Part shown: piece after piece, positions 29,040 to 43,524 of the stretch
Position numbering within the stretch: position 1 is the first letter of the stretch
How the letters are laid out: every line of letters starts with the position of its first letter
Origin: the human T2T-CHM13v2.0 reference genome, Homo sapiens
Reading direction: 5' to 3' (one strand)
DNA length: 64,000 bases
Assembly (NCBI RefSeq): GCF_009914755.1
Contig: NC_060926.1
Translations under genes and position numbers: made by a program
Notes under the pieces: model-generated
What the model was told of the DNA's origin: nothing
Database searches by the model: none
Seen by the model: the letters and a program-made list of their open reading frames with translations, nothing else

Positions 29040-30710
29040 TGTGGTTGAAACAAGCTGTCCTTTAATAAGACCACCTATGTTCTGTTTCTCAACTCTCAGG
29101 AAGTTGACTTCCTGAGCTGGGGAATGAAATGCCAGAAGAACAAATAGATGAAGCTGCAGCATCTTGCTGATCTGTAAATTCAGTGTTCCTCACAGCAACT
29201 CTATGCCTTCTGCCTGGATCAGGTATCTGCTCGTTTGTGTGTTCCAATTGGGCAGCATCTCATTTCTTCCCTTTCTCTCCAAAATTTTCCTTCATTTTAT
29301 TTTTTGTAGAAAGGCCTTTAAGTAATGGCTATCTTTATTCCTTTTGGAGCTCATGGTATAATAAAACATTTACCTCTGTATTTGATCTACATTTAAGTTT
29401 AGTGATTTCCTATCTTCTTGGTCAATGCTTGTACCTCTTAGGGTTCTGAGTCTGTTCTATGAAAAAGTTGCTCAGAACCTCTCCCAAAATTGCCTTGGTT
29501 TAAGTGACCTTCTGCTTACAATGTTCAAACCTTTTTTTTTTTTTTTTTTTTTTTTTTGGCTGATCCTTACTTTTTTCCCCTCGATTTCCCTGTTCTTTAT
29601 TATTCTCCCTGGCCACACTTCTGCATTTTGTTGTCATTCAAAAAAAGCTGGAGAGAGAAAAATTACCTGGTAATTCTTATCCTCTCTACTGGGAGGATAA
29701 GGTGGGACTCATTCCACCTTGACAAGATGACTACTGATGACATCAAACAAGAGGACAGATTCTGCCTAGAGACCATTGGGATCCGACGCTGGGTTGCAAC
29801 CAATGGTGAAATCAGAACATCACACTTACTAGGAGAGACTTTGTGAGCCAGTTATTTCAGACCAGTAGAAGTGAATTATCGTGAACTTAGAGTAAGAGGG
29901 AAGTATTTCTTAAGTTTCTCTTGTAGTGAACTGGAGTTTATCTCTCTGCTTCTGGGAGAGGTACCAATGTAATCCTGCTTGAAATGTCATTTTGGGAAAA
30001 TATTTATTCATGGCACAGAGAAGTTTGAAAACCCTTGGATGAGATCGTATATTTTTCCAGCCACCTGAAATTGAGGTTTAATCTGTATTTTTATCTGTGT
30101 TTAATGCACATTCCTCACTTCGTCCCCAGGGTTCTCCTTAATAGTTTATTTCCTGAGTCTTCCTCCACTTACTCTAACCAGGGATATATCTTCAAAGGTC
30201 CAAATGACAACAAAATTTTGTGTATATCTTGACTCTTTGATAACACACTCAGTGTCCTTCTCTCTCTCTTATGTTACTGTCTGAACTCAAGGCTTAATTT
30301 ATCAAATTACATCTGACTACTATTTAGGTCCTCCATTTTCTTAGATAGGGAAGATCACCAGTTATACCAACTATAATTATTTTTATACCACACCTTTTAC
30401 AAGTAAACTTTAAAATACTATAGGAACTTTAAAAATTAAAGAAAAACCAAGACAAAATGTGTCAATCATTAAATAAGTTTTTGAGATTCCAGTTAGCCAA
30501 GGCAAAAAGAGAAAGCTAATGAATTAACATTATCCAATGTTAATGGATCGTATCCATTACCAAAGGAAGGCATCAGTTCCTCAAATAGCATTTTTCTAAA
30601 TTTTGATTTCTTAATGTAATTGATAGATTACAACATTTCAATAAACCTAGTATCTCCCATGTTCTCCGATACTCTCATATATCTTCAGAATCTATAAAAT
30701 GGTAATAATG

Positions 30711-31572
30711 TAGTAGTCTCATTTTATCCAAGGGGCATATGTTCCAGGACACCCAGTAGATGCTTGAAACCATAGATAGTATTGGACTCTACATATTCTA
30801 TTCTTTTCCTATACATACATACCCATGATAAAGTTTAATTTATAAATTAGGCACAGTAAGTTTGCTGAGGATAACTAACACAGAAACAGAAAGCCAAACA
30901 CTGCATGTTCTCACTTATAAAGGGCAGCTGAACAATGAAAACACATGGACACAGGGAGGGGAACAACACACACTTGGGCCCTGTCAGGGGGTGGGAGTGG
31001 CAGGGAGCGAGAGCATCAGGATAAATAGCTAATGCATGTGGGGCTTAATACCTAGGTGATGGGTTGATAGGTGCAGCAAACCACCATGGCACACATTTAC
31101 CTATGTCACAAACTGGCACATCCATGTATCCCAGAACTTAAATAAAATTTTTAAAAATTAGGCACAGTAAGAGATTAACAATAATAACTAACGATAAAAA
31201 TAGGACAGTTATAACAATGTGTCAGCACCATTACTGTTGCCATTATTAAGTAAAATAGGTTTATTTGAACATAAGAGCTGCAGTACTGGGACAACATATC
31301 TGATAACTGAAATGGCTTTTATGTGATTAATGGGTGGGAACATCTACAGCACAGATAAACTGGACAAAGAGAAGAGTCACATCCCAGCTGGGCTGGAGTG
31401 GGATGGTGTGAGATTTCATCAAACTACTCAGAATGGGGTGCAATTTAAAACTTATGAATTATTTATTTCTGGAATTTTCCATTTAATATTTTTGGACTGA
31501 GGTTGACCACAGGTAACTGAAATCACAGAAAGCAAAACCACAGATAAGTGAGCTGGAGGTGGGGGACTACTG
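30711..31572 (-). mobile_element. Tigger-family DNA transposon (MER44/Tigger7-like), interrupted by an L1
   Basis: Degenerate TIRs tagtagtctcattttatcc ... gggggactactg followed by TA. Confidence 0.8.
30861..31154 (+). mobile_element. 5'-truncated L1PA 3'UTR with 17-bp TSD
   Basis: TSD aaattaggcacagtaag at 30844-30860 and 31155-31171. Contains gcagcaaaccaccatggcacac, an L1PA 3' end motif. Confidence 0.93.
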
Positions 31573-31779
31573 TAATAGTAACTATTAAAAATCAACATTT
31601 TTGTAGGTCAGAAATAGTTAAATATTGCCAATTTCTCATAGGTTAACCCCATATCTCATGGAGTTAAAAAGATCAGTTATATAGAGAAAAGTTTCTCCCA
31701 CGCCATCTCCATCTAAACCTAATGATCCTTTCAATGGTTTATTGTATCTTCTTCCAGAATATCTGTATATCAATGTAAG

Positions 31780-34700
31780 CAAATAAAAATATCTATTCTT
31801 TATTTTTCTCCTTTTCTTGGAAAGAGTACACCATATTCACCGTTATAGGTCTTGCTCTAAAAAAAAATGTATCTTATATATCAGTAGCTTTCTGTCACCC
31901 TCCCTCCTTTTTTTTTTTTTTAATAGTGTAAGTATTCCATTTTAAGAATGTAACATGAGATACTTTACCAACCCTGACTGATGACTTTTCAGGTTTATGA
32001 TATTTTTTGTAAGATGACTACTGATAACATAAGACAAATGTTTTGCTATTATAAATAATGTTGTAGTGAATAACATTGACATTATGTCTATGTATGCAGA
32101 TTGTATGATTAAGATAAATTCTCAGAAGCAGAGTTGCTGAATCAAATGGTAAATATATTTGCAATTTTGATAGTTACTGCCACATTGCCTCCACACAGCC
32201 AGTTTCTGCTCCTACTGAGTATTGAATGAAAATGCCATTTCTCCACAGCATCATCAACAAAATGTGCTGTAAAATGATTGAGCTTTTTGCCAATATGATA
32301 AGGGGAAAGTACTGTTTTAGTATGGTTTTAGTTCGTATTTTTATTATTATGAATAAAGCTTAGTATTTTTTCATTTAAATATCATTTGTATATTTTTCCC
32401 CTAAAAAGTTTATTCATCTTTTTTCTCCCTTTACTTTTAAATTATGGATCTTAGTCTTATCATTTTCTGGGAGCTTTCTGTATATTAGGGAAATTAGCAC
32501 TATGTTTCTAATATAAATTGTAATTATTTTCCCCAGTTATTCACCTATATTCTGACTCTGCTTATGTTTTTGTTTTACCGAGTGCAAGATTTTATTTTTA
32601 TGGGTGTGAGCATATATATTTATCTGTTTTTTCTTTAATAGAGTTTAGATTTTGAGTCATAGACCTTACTCCAAGGTTATAAAAGATTTTGCTATGTTTT
32701 CTTCTAGTATCTTTATTTTTCAAAAAAGACATTCAATTATTTGACTCATATAAAATTTTTCATTTTATAGAATGTAAGATTTGGATCAACATTATTTCTT
32801 TCTTAATGTGGCTAGTTTTTCCATCATCACTTATTGAAAAGCCCAGCTTGTCAGCCTTGTCAGGTGGCATTTCAGATGCCACCTTAATTTATGTCTGTCT
32901 CTGAGTATTTATTTTGTGCATTGCTTACTCTGCTTAATCTTTCGCCTATAACACACTGTTTTCATTATGGAGAATTTATCATCGGTTTTAACGTCTGGTA
33001 GTCCTAGGCTCTTTCCAATGCTCTTCTTTTTTAGAGTTTTAGAATCACCTTTTTTAAGTTATTTGAAAAGTATCCTCTTGGTTCTTTTGAGATTACATTT
33101 CTAAATTAATTTAGGGAGAAGTAACATTTTTGTGATGAGTCTTTCACTCAAGAATACCTTTTTATTTGCTTAAGTCTCCTGACCTTCTGAAATGCTTGCC
33201 TCACATAGGACTTATACAGTTCTTGTTATTTTTACCCCTAAGCGTTATATCTTTTTTATTGCAATTAGAAATGAGATTTTTGTCTTCTATGACATTTCCT
33301 GACTTGTACATTTTCTGATTTCATGGTATACATGAAATCTATTGATTTCTGTATATTAATTTTATACTCTGCTACCTTATTGAGTTCTCTTACTGCTTGT
33401 AGTAGTTTTCTAGTTGATTTTTAAACTCCCCAAATATTAAAATCACATAATCAGAAAGCAGTGGTGGTTTTATCTCCTTTTTCATTTCATATAAGCAATA
33501 TATGACTATATTATCATTGTATAAAAATGTCAAACAACCTAGAAAGATTTTGAATCACAAACTAGAATCTTTCCTAATTTCCCCAATCAACTATCTTTCC
33601 CAAATGTAACCACTCTTCATCTAAAGCTCTACAGACCTATTTCCATTTCCTTTATCTACATAAAACAATACATGTTTGTTTTATATTTTCATATTTGGAA
33701 TATACTTTATATCCTATACTTTTACATAGTTGTCTTTTAAAATATTTTTTGAAACAACCACAAACCTACAGAGAAGCTGCAAGCACAAAACAAAGAACTT
33801 ATTTTACTAACCACTTGAAAGTAAGCTGCTGACCCAATAACTCTGAATACTTTAGTGTGAATTTCCAACATACAAGGATGTTATGCAATAAAATCAAAAT
33901 CAGGTAATCAACATCAATGCATCAAGACTGTATATATTAGTTAGGTCAGGGAAAAAGAACCAAAAGGATAAGTGCATGTATATAAAGGGATTTATTATAA
34001 AGTATGCACTCCCATGACTTTGAAGGCTAAGTCCCACAGTCTTCTGTCTGCAAGCTCGTATAGTTTGAAGACCTGAGAACCAGAGAGTTGATGATGTGGA
34101 TTCTAGTCTGAGTCTGAAGGCCTGAGAACCAGGAGCATCAGGGGTAGGAGAAGATCAACATCCCAGCTCAAGCAGTCAAGTAGAGAAAGAATTCGATCTT
34201 CCTGCACGTTTTGTTTCATTCAGGCCCTCAGCAAACTAGATGGTACCCACCCATATTGGGGAGGGCCATGTGCTTTAGTCAGTCCACCAATTCAATTGCT
34301 AATCTCTTCCAGAAACACCCTTAAATAACATTTTACAGGATATCTGGGCATCCTGTGGCCCGGTCTAGTTGACACGTAAAATTGACCATCACACCATCTA
34401 ATCTGAGACCCCATTCACATTTCAACGATTATCTCAATATTCTTTGTGGCAAAAGGAGCCAGTTCAGTGTCACATGTTGCAATTAGTTGTGATGTCTGTT
34501 TACCTTCCTTCAGTCTTTCCTTGACTTTCATGACCTTGACATTTTTGAAGATTACTCTCAATTATTTTGTAGAATGTCCCTTAGGTAGGTCTGATTTTTT
34601 TTCCCTCATGATTAAGTTCAGATTACACACAGGAAAACAGGGACATTGAACATTTTTAAGTGCTGTTGGTTATCTATATATCTTCTTTTGTAAAGTGCTT

Positions 34701-36360
34701 GTTCAAGAGTTTTATCTACTTTAAATGTTTTTATTTTATTGTATTTATGATTATTAATTGTTTTTATTAATTTATAGTAATTTTTATATTCCAGATATAA
34801 ATCCTTGGCCAAATATACCATTTAAGAAAATCTTAGTCTGTGATTTGTCTCTTCATTTTCTTAATGGTAACTTTTGAGGAACAAGAAGTTTTACATTTTG
34901 ATAAAATATAATTTTTCTATTTTCTATGGTTAGTAATTTTTGTGTCCTGTCTAAAACAATTTTTGTCTACCCTACATTCATGTTGACATTTTTTTCTGTT
35001 TTCCTTTAACACATCCAAATTCTAGATTATACATACGGCTTTATGACTCATTTCGAATTGATTTTTGTGAATGCCATTGGGTAAAGTTTCAAGGTTCTTT
35101 TATTCTTTTTAAATTTAGAATGGATATCCTGTTCTGTTGATCCTAGTGCCATTTTGTTGACAATACTCTTCTTTACCCCCATGAATTGCTTGATACCCTT
35201 CTGCTGTCTTTGTTAGGGTAAAATTCATATAACATAAAATTAACCATTTAAAAGTGTACAGTCCAGTGGCAGTCAGTGCCTTCCTGAGGTTGTGCAACCA
35301 TTGCCTATATCTAGTCCATAAATTTTCCATTGCTCCCAAAGGAGACCCCATGTCCATTAAGCAGTCACTCCCCCATTCTGCCTTCCCTGATACTTTTTTT
35401 TGAAAATCAATGAGCTGACCAATATGTTCCGGTCTCAATTTTGTTCTACTAACCTATATATCTAGTCATATGCCAGCAAAGCAAGTCTTTGGTCACTGTA
35501 GCTTTATAGCAAGTCTTAAAATCATGTTGTAAGTTTTCCAACTTTATTATTTTTCAATATTATCTTGACTACTCAAAGTCCTTTGTATTTCTCTATAAAT
35601 CTTAAAATTAGCTTGTCATTTTCTATTAAAATAAAGCCTGGTAATATTTTGGTTCAGAAGGTATTGAATTTATAAATAAATTCAAACTTTGAGAAGTATT
35701 GACATCTTAACGATATCGAGCCTCTGAATCTATGAATATGTTATATTTACACACTTGTTTAAGGCTTCTTTAACTTTTCTCAGGGAGTTTTTAGTTTTCA
35801 GTGAATGAAGCCATTTAATCCTAGAGTTTTCTTTGTGAGAATGTTCTAATTACACATGATTTTAAAAATAAATCTAATGTTATTCTCTATTTCTTCAGTA
35901 TATTTTGGTAAGTTGTGTTTTTTAAACGTATTTCTCCAGTTCATATGTTATTCAATAGTTGGCATTATGTTGTTCTTAACATCCTCTTTTTATCTCTTCA
36001 GTATTGGCAAGCTGTGTCATAACATTCCCTCTTTATTCCTAAAATTGGTAATTTGTGTTTTATCTCTTTTTGTCTTGATCCAGTTTTGCTAAAGGTTTAT
36101 CAATTTTATTAATATTTTCTAAAAGTGAACTTCTTGTTTTAGCTTTTCATATTGTTTTCTATTTCCTTACCTTTCATTTATCTTTATTATCTCCTTTCTT
36201 TTACTTACTTTAGGTTTGATTTTCTCTTCTTTTTGTAGCTTCTTAAGGTGAAATCAATTGAGCTTTATTTTATAGCCTTGCATAAAATGTTTCATCCTGG
36301 TGAATGTTTAATGTACATTCTGCAGTTGTTGGGTATAGATTTCTATGTTCAATATAGAAA
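31780..36360 (-). mobile_element. Mosaic of old antisense L1M fragments (3'UTR and ORF2), with nested elements
   Basis: Typical antisense L1M motifs (ttttgctattataaataatg, attgatttctgtatattaattttatactctgctacctt, cactgtagctttatagcaagtcttaaaatc). Boundaries approximate. Confidence 0.65.
33929..34393 (-). mobile_element. MLT2-like (ERVL) solo LTR
   Basis: gaaggcctgagaaccagg, gctaatctcttccagaaacaccc and the end ttgacacgtaaaattgaccatcaca. Confidence 0.75.
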
Positions 36361-36611
36361 CAAACCTACATGTCAAGTTGGTCTATTCCTTAGATACTTA
36401 ATACATATATAATTTATTTCAATACCTGGTAAGAGGTGGGTATCTAATTTTTTTCAAATATATACCCCTTGTTTTAATATCTGTCACAGTTGATTTGAAA
36501 TGACACCTTTTTCATATCATTACTATCCTCGACTTCTATATTACTTCTTGGGAGTCACATACACAATTACCTAATATAAGAACTGCCATAAAGAACCAGT
36601 CTTACCAATAA

Positions 36612-36950
<339 letters not shown>

Positions 36951-37784
36951 CTTAGGGTATTTTATAAACAGACATAATTCATCAACACCATTAGTTCCTC
37001 TTTGCTTCTCCATGGTATTCTAACCTATTATATATATATGTGTGTATATATATAATATACAATGTGAACATATATGTTTAAATATTTACATATTTTATAT
37101 ATTCTACCTTATATATATTTTAACTACAAAATTACTAGATATGTTTAGGGCCATGCTAAAAGCCACAGCAACCCAACTATATAACAAATCACTATGAAAT
37201 CAATGACAAGGACAGCGCACTTTTATAGAAACCATGATTTTGCTAAATAAATGCTCAACCTATAATAAGTAATTTGAATTGGCTTGAATTGCTGACATCT
37301 TTTCTTAACTCCTGGAGATAATACTAGTCAGAGTGCTGGGGTCTTCCTCTGATTGAACTGTGAATGAGTTCATAACATGTTCCCTTGGAAGAACTTGTTC
37401 TTTTTAGCTTGGTGCATCCCTCTGAGCTTAGCTAGCAGGAGTAGAAAGCACTATTCCCATGAAAGAGATGGTGTGAGTAGACCATGTTGGCTGTTTGGGT
37501 GTGGGCATGTGGTAATTGACTAACAAATGCTTTCTCTGGCCTCTGGGCTTTTTATCTTTTCCTCAGCCACCTTGGATAGAATTAATTATTTTCTCTTAGA
37601 GGCTTAGAACTCTCTTAGGATGTTGATCACATACTGGTTTGTCCTATTATTTGAAGACATGACCTACTCTACCTACCAAAATGTTCCTTTAGAGGCCAGA
37701 GGCCATGTCTTTATCATAATTGTAGGTGTCACTGAACCTGGCCCTCTGCTTTAGCAGTTGGGAAGTGTAAAGATTAAGCCCTCT

Positions 37785-38307
<523 letters not shown>

Positions 38308-40189
38308 TCAAGGTGTTTTCTGCTCAGGATTCCTAACCAGGTCAGAGAGTGTCACCAGCAGCTGTGCACCATCTGTGAGTCAAAGCTTCAGGGAGAAGCT
38401 CTCCTAGACAGGCTGTATCTGATTCTGCTCCATACTGCTGCCTGGCTTCCCTTAATGTCAGGCTCCTTGGCTGAATAAATTAGGAATTTCAGGTCTATGT
38501 ATGTAGTATTTTCCCACCAATCTCTAATCTGCATGAAATGCCAGAAAGAAAATTGAAAGCACTGTGGTAAAGGAGAGAAGAGAAGCTGTAAAACAATGAA
38601 ATGTGCCAAATGAGACTATAGGGAAATCCAGCTGGATGCCTAGACAGAGTGTGTGTTTTCTCTACTTAACTTACTGGATGAAACAGTGGCGGTGGTTGTT
38701 AGTGGGGGTGGGGGGAGATGATTGTAAATTAGGGGGAAAAATTGAACCAAATAGCTACTTTGCATTCAGCACACAGTAAAAAAATATACTCAGAGGAGCC
38801 CTCGATTTTAAGAACCAATTGATCACGGCACGTTTTGGCTATGAGTAAAGAGCCACATATGACCAAAGCTGTGTGCAACAGCAAAGCACAGCAAACTGTG
38901 GCTGCCAAGACTTCCGATTACACCATTAATAAACTTCATTCCTTGCTTAAGTATCTCAAACTCTCTAGCACTCTGTTTCCTGTTCTACTAAGGGAAAGCT
39001 TGAACCAGGCTCTTTTAGTCCATTTATTTGTCTCCTAAAAGTCAAACACAGTGCAAAGACATGAGCAGACTATGATGAGAGAGTCCCTGCTCTTGAGGTC
39101 ACATTCCAACCAGGAGAAAGTTCAGTATCTATCTTTATACACAGCCAAATCCAATAAAACTTTATCAAATTCTTTTCATTTAAAAATCCTATGGCTTCAT
39201 GGAGGAAATGAGATTAATAAAAGTAGCTTGAAAATTAAAAGCACAGTACTAATGCAGGTTTTATCATCATCACCCCAAAACCTGAAAAAAACCAATTTAC
39301 ATTGAATTTGCAATTGATTCATGGTTTTGTTCTTCACGAGGAAGAAAAAGTTGCAGACAGTATGTTGTAGCAAAGATTTATGCAGAGAAAGGTGTACCTC
39401 TGTTTATGGAAAAATAGTTTATTATTCATTTATCCACTCATTGCTGGATGTTTTAAGCAGATTTGTATAAACTTTGGGCACCATTTGGATATAGTTAGTG
39501 GTGGTTTAGCTATGGCGTTCCAAATATACCCCCTTAAATAAAATTATCTCCCATGGCAGAAAAAGTTATGTCTGCTCTTGGTGTGAATATAAATAAGTAG
39601 TATTAGAAGGCAGTTTGGCAGATGCAACCAAAATTTCTACCAAAATGTTGAAAAAGAGTATAATTTGTAACCTAGCAATTCAAATCCTATTCAAAGGTAA
39701 TGTACCTGCCAAGGCATATATATAAGGCTCTTTGGTGCAGCACTTTTAAAAGCAAAAAGTAGAAATGGCCTAAATTCCAGAACTACAGGAATAGTTAAAA
39801 TGCTGGGCCACTGAATCCAATGAAATACATCTAGAGATACAAACGTAAAAATATCTCATGGCACATTACTACATTTAAAAAAAGCAAGTCACAGAATAAT
39901 ACATTATTTTTTACTTAATTTATGTAAAGGAAGCTATACACATGTCTGTATACACTAAGCTATATCCAGTAGTTACCTGAAAAAAAAAAAAATTCTAGTG
40001 AACTATAAAAGAAGAACTTAGTTTTTTGGGGTTTTTTTTGACTTCTATAGTTTTGTGTTTCTTGACTCTTTTAATGAGAATGTTGTCTTTTATTACTTGT
40101 GAATGATTTTCATTTTAATAATTAAAATATAGAGAAAAATAGAGTAATGATTCATGTTGCCTTGTTCTGTCAAATTAAATGCTGTGCAA

Positions 40190-40400
40190 GAATACAGTGG
40201 TTAAGAACATGAACTTTATATAGTCAGACTAACCTGTGATCCAAATCTGCTCCTAATACTTATCAACTATGTGACTTTGTGTAAGTCATGCAACTTCTCT
40301 GGTTCTCCATTTCTTCATCTGTACAATAAGAATAATAAATGTAAATGAGATAATTTGCATAAAGTATATAGCACAGTATTTGGTATGTAGGAATTATTTG
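40190..40400 (+). mobile_element. MIR
   Basis: Core motif tatgtgactttgtgtaagtcatgcaacttctctggttctccatttcttcatctgtacaat. Confidence 0.75.
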
Positions 40401-41346
40401 AAAAGCAGTAGCTGCCTTTCTTCCCCTTGTCTTTTTAAAAATTATTATTTATATCACCCTCATCATCACAAAATGATTTCAATTAAGTATACACATGGAC
40501 TTTTAAAACTCACTTTACCAGTATAGATATGTATATGCATACTCATATGCTGTGGGGAGGTCCTATTTCATGCATATGTTTAGAATGGCCACTTTTTTCC
40601 ATTAAGTTCCTATGGTACTGAGCCAGCGAGCCATGAGCTATACTGAATAAAGTCCCAGGGAATTGACTTTTTGCAGCATTACCCTAAGCCCTGGGTAGGA
40701 CAGGCTTCTGCCTTGGGCTCTGTATGTTAGAGGACCCACATCATCAAGTCCCTGAGACGCCAAATTATATACCCTATATCCTTGAAAGAATAGTTATTTG
40801 TGGAGATTTGCGGGCTTAGTCACTGCCAACTTTGGAAACAGACACTAATTTGGAGTTTGAGGAGGATTTGGGTGGCAGGAGCACTTGATAAGAGAAAAGG
40901 CAACTTAATTAATTTATCCAGTCTTCCCTCTCTGATATCATGAGTGCTCTAGATTTTTGTCTAACAAAGTATCTTTTCATAGTAGTGTTCAGCATCCATT
41001 TTCTTATTTCTCTTTGTGTTCTAATTTGTGATTCAGGAAGGACCCATGAATTAACACTGTGCTACAGCACACATGGTAACTGAGGAACATTTTGTAATAT
41101 ATAATAATCCAATAAGTGTATAAATACACACATATATAAATATATAATATATAATACATATATACATTATATATAATAATATGCACAATATATATTATAT
41201 ATCTATATAATGCCAGAAATTTGATATCACCTCTTTACATTAGCAACCAAAAGGACATTGAAAGCTAGAATTCTCAAGTTTTAATTTTATACGAAAAGTA
41301 ATAAAAATCAATAAAACACAAATATTAAAAACAGCTTTTCTTTGCT

Positions 41347-41635
41347 TTTTAAATGTTTTATGTTTTTAATGGACAAATAATAATTGTACATATTCCTGGG
41401 GTATGTAGTGATGTTTCAATACATGTAATGCAGAGTGATCAGAACAGGGTAATTAATTAGCATATTCATCATCTCAATCATTTATCATTTCTTTATGTTG
41501 GGAATGTTCGATGTTTTCCTTCTAGCTATTTGAAACTATAAATTTTTAGCTATAATCATCCTACAGTACTATAGAACACTAGAACTTATTTTTCCTATCT
41601 GGCTATAATTTTGTATTCTTTAACAGATCTCTCTT
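41347..41635 (-). mobile_element. L1MA-type 3' end
   Basis: ataattgtacatatt...gtgatgtttcaatacatg...atcagaacagggtaatt...tagaacactagaacttatt. Confidence 0.8.
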
Positions 41636-42325
41636 TCAAAATAAAAGTTAATCAATGACAAGCCTCCGAAAATGGTGCTAACATGGCTGATAAAGGAAAA
41701 GGTGCACAAGCCAAGAGTTTGCTCCAAATCTATCTTTGTACTTGGCACTCTTTTGTGTAATTCCTTTGTGCTTATTACTAGGAGGCATGGCCTTTACTGT
41801 GCCCTTATCCATGACATTATTGGGAATAGTACATAGATTATATGTAATATTTTCTGGTTCTTTTAAAATATGAAATGTTTTGATTAAACCTTACAGCATC
41901 TCTTGGACACATAAAGAAATACAAGTTGCACCAAGAGAGTTAAGCAAAAGATGCTCAAAAAGAAAATTGTAGTCATCACAGAAAATCAAAGTAATTTATA
42001 ATTAGAATAAATTTTATAATTAGTATAATTTGTGCACAGTTATTTGGTATAAATGGATGGGTGCTATTAATAATGCTAGAAAAAGTTTACAAAACCCTAA
42101 ACAAATCTAGTCTTCTTTTACTTTTAAAAGATTTAACACACACACATATTATATGTATATAACATATCATAGTATTTTAATTATGAAATGTATTTTTATA
42201 AGTAATAGAAACTACATGTGAGTTACCCAATAAAAATGACATATCAATAAAATATAAGAAAATTTGAAGTTGGAAACAAAAATGACTCTAAGGAGAAACA
42301 AATAATATGTGCAAATAATCCTGAA

Positions 42326-42463
42326 ACTAATTTTTTGTATTTTTAGTAGAGATGGGGTTTCACCATGTTGGCCAGGCTGGTCTCGAACTCCCGACCTCAG
42401 GTGATCCACCCACCTCAGCCTCCCAAAGTCCTGGGATTACAGGCGTGAGCCATCGCCCCCAGC
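42326..42463 (-). mobile_element. Alu left monomer plus A-rich linker only
   Basis: AluS-like left arm; no right arm, poly(A) tail or TSD visible. Confidence 0.88.
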
Positions 42464-43093
42464 AACAACAACATAATTAGTACATTTTCTGAAATAAAGG
42501 AAAGACAGTAAATTCTGTGAAATAAATATATAATAATTTATGAATTTTGTATGTCTTTATTACTCATCCTAACATCATCAGCCTTTCAACAGAATACCCA
42601 GACAGACCATCTGATATTTTGCCAACTTTCAGTTAAATAAAAACCACAGCTTTCTAATACCTATAAAAATTTTGTAGTAATGAAGGTGTATTTGTCAAAA
42701 TAGGAGAACAGAACATATTTGGCTTAACAATTTGTAGCATGAAATATAACTTTGAAATAATTGGACATATGCTTCTTGGGTCTCCATTTATGTTCTTATC
42801 CGGAGCCCTGAAAATTTTAGGGGTGGGCTGATGTGTTATACTTACACAGGTGACCCTTCTACCCATACAAGGAGCAAATAATCATAAGTGTTGCTGGTCT
42901 TACCACAGGGAAAGTAAAGCATCCTGCTGGAGTGAGGAGTGAGGCATTGCTGGTTTTCTACAGAAGCACTGGAGCATTTCAAGCCCTTGGGCTTGATTCA
43001 TGACATTCTTTCTGTCTAAGTGACTATAGAGGAGGAAAATACCCTCTCCCCCACATTCATCCAGACACTTCCTATTCCCTCTTCATGTGCCAG

Positions 43094-43524
43094 TGTTGTG
43101 GTGTGAATTGTGTTCCCTAAAAAGATATGTTAAAATTCTAACTCCCTGTGCCAGTAAATGTGATCTTATTTGGAGATACGGACTTTGCAGATCTAATCAA
43201 GTTAAGATGAGGTCATACTAGAGTGGGGTGGGTCCAAAATCCAATAATTGGTGACATCATAAGAAGACTGTGAGAAACACACAGAGACCCAGGGAAGAGG
43301 CCATGTGAATGAAGATGGAGGCAGAGACTGAATTTAGGTTCCCACAAACCAAGGAATGCCAGAAACCACCAAAAGCTGGAAGAGGAAAAGGAGGATTCTT
43401 CCTTACAGACTTCAGAGAGAGCATGGCCCTGAAAACACATTGATTTCAGACTTTCAGCCTCCAGAATCATGAGAGAAAAAATGTCTGTTGTTTTAAGTCA
43501 CAGCAGCTGTAAGAAACCAGTACA
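43094..43524 (+). mobile_element. MaLR solo LTR (MLT1B/C-like)
   Basis: tgttgtggtgtgaattgtgttccctaaaaagatatgtt ... gatttcagactttcagcctccagaa ... gaaaccagtaca. Confidence 0.85.

Noticed and set aside
39320-39600. Non-repetitive-looking block that might be a conserved non-coding element
   Set aside because: Conservation cannot be judged from one sequence; no specific motif or RNA structure could be supported.
41090-41210. AT-rich quasi-palindromic stretches (also ~37026-37120 and 51657-51729)
   Set aside because: Low-complexity (TA)n decay; apparent hairpins follow trivially from composition.
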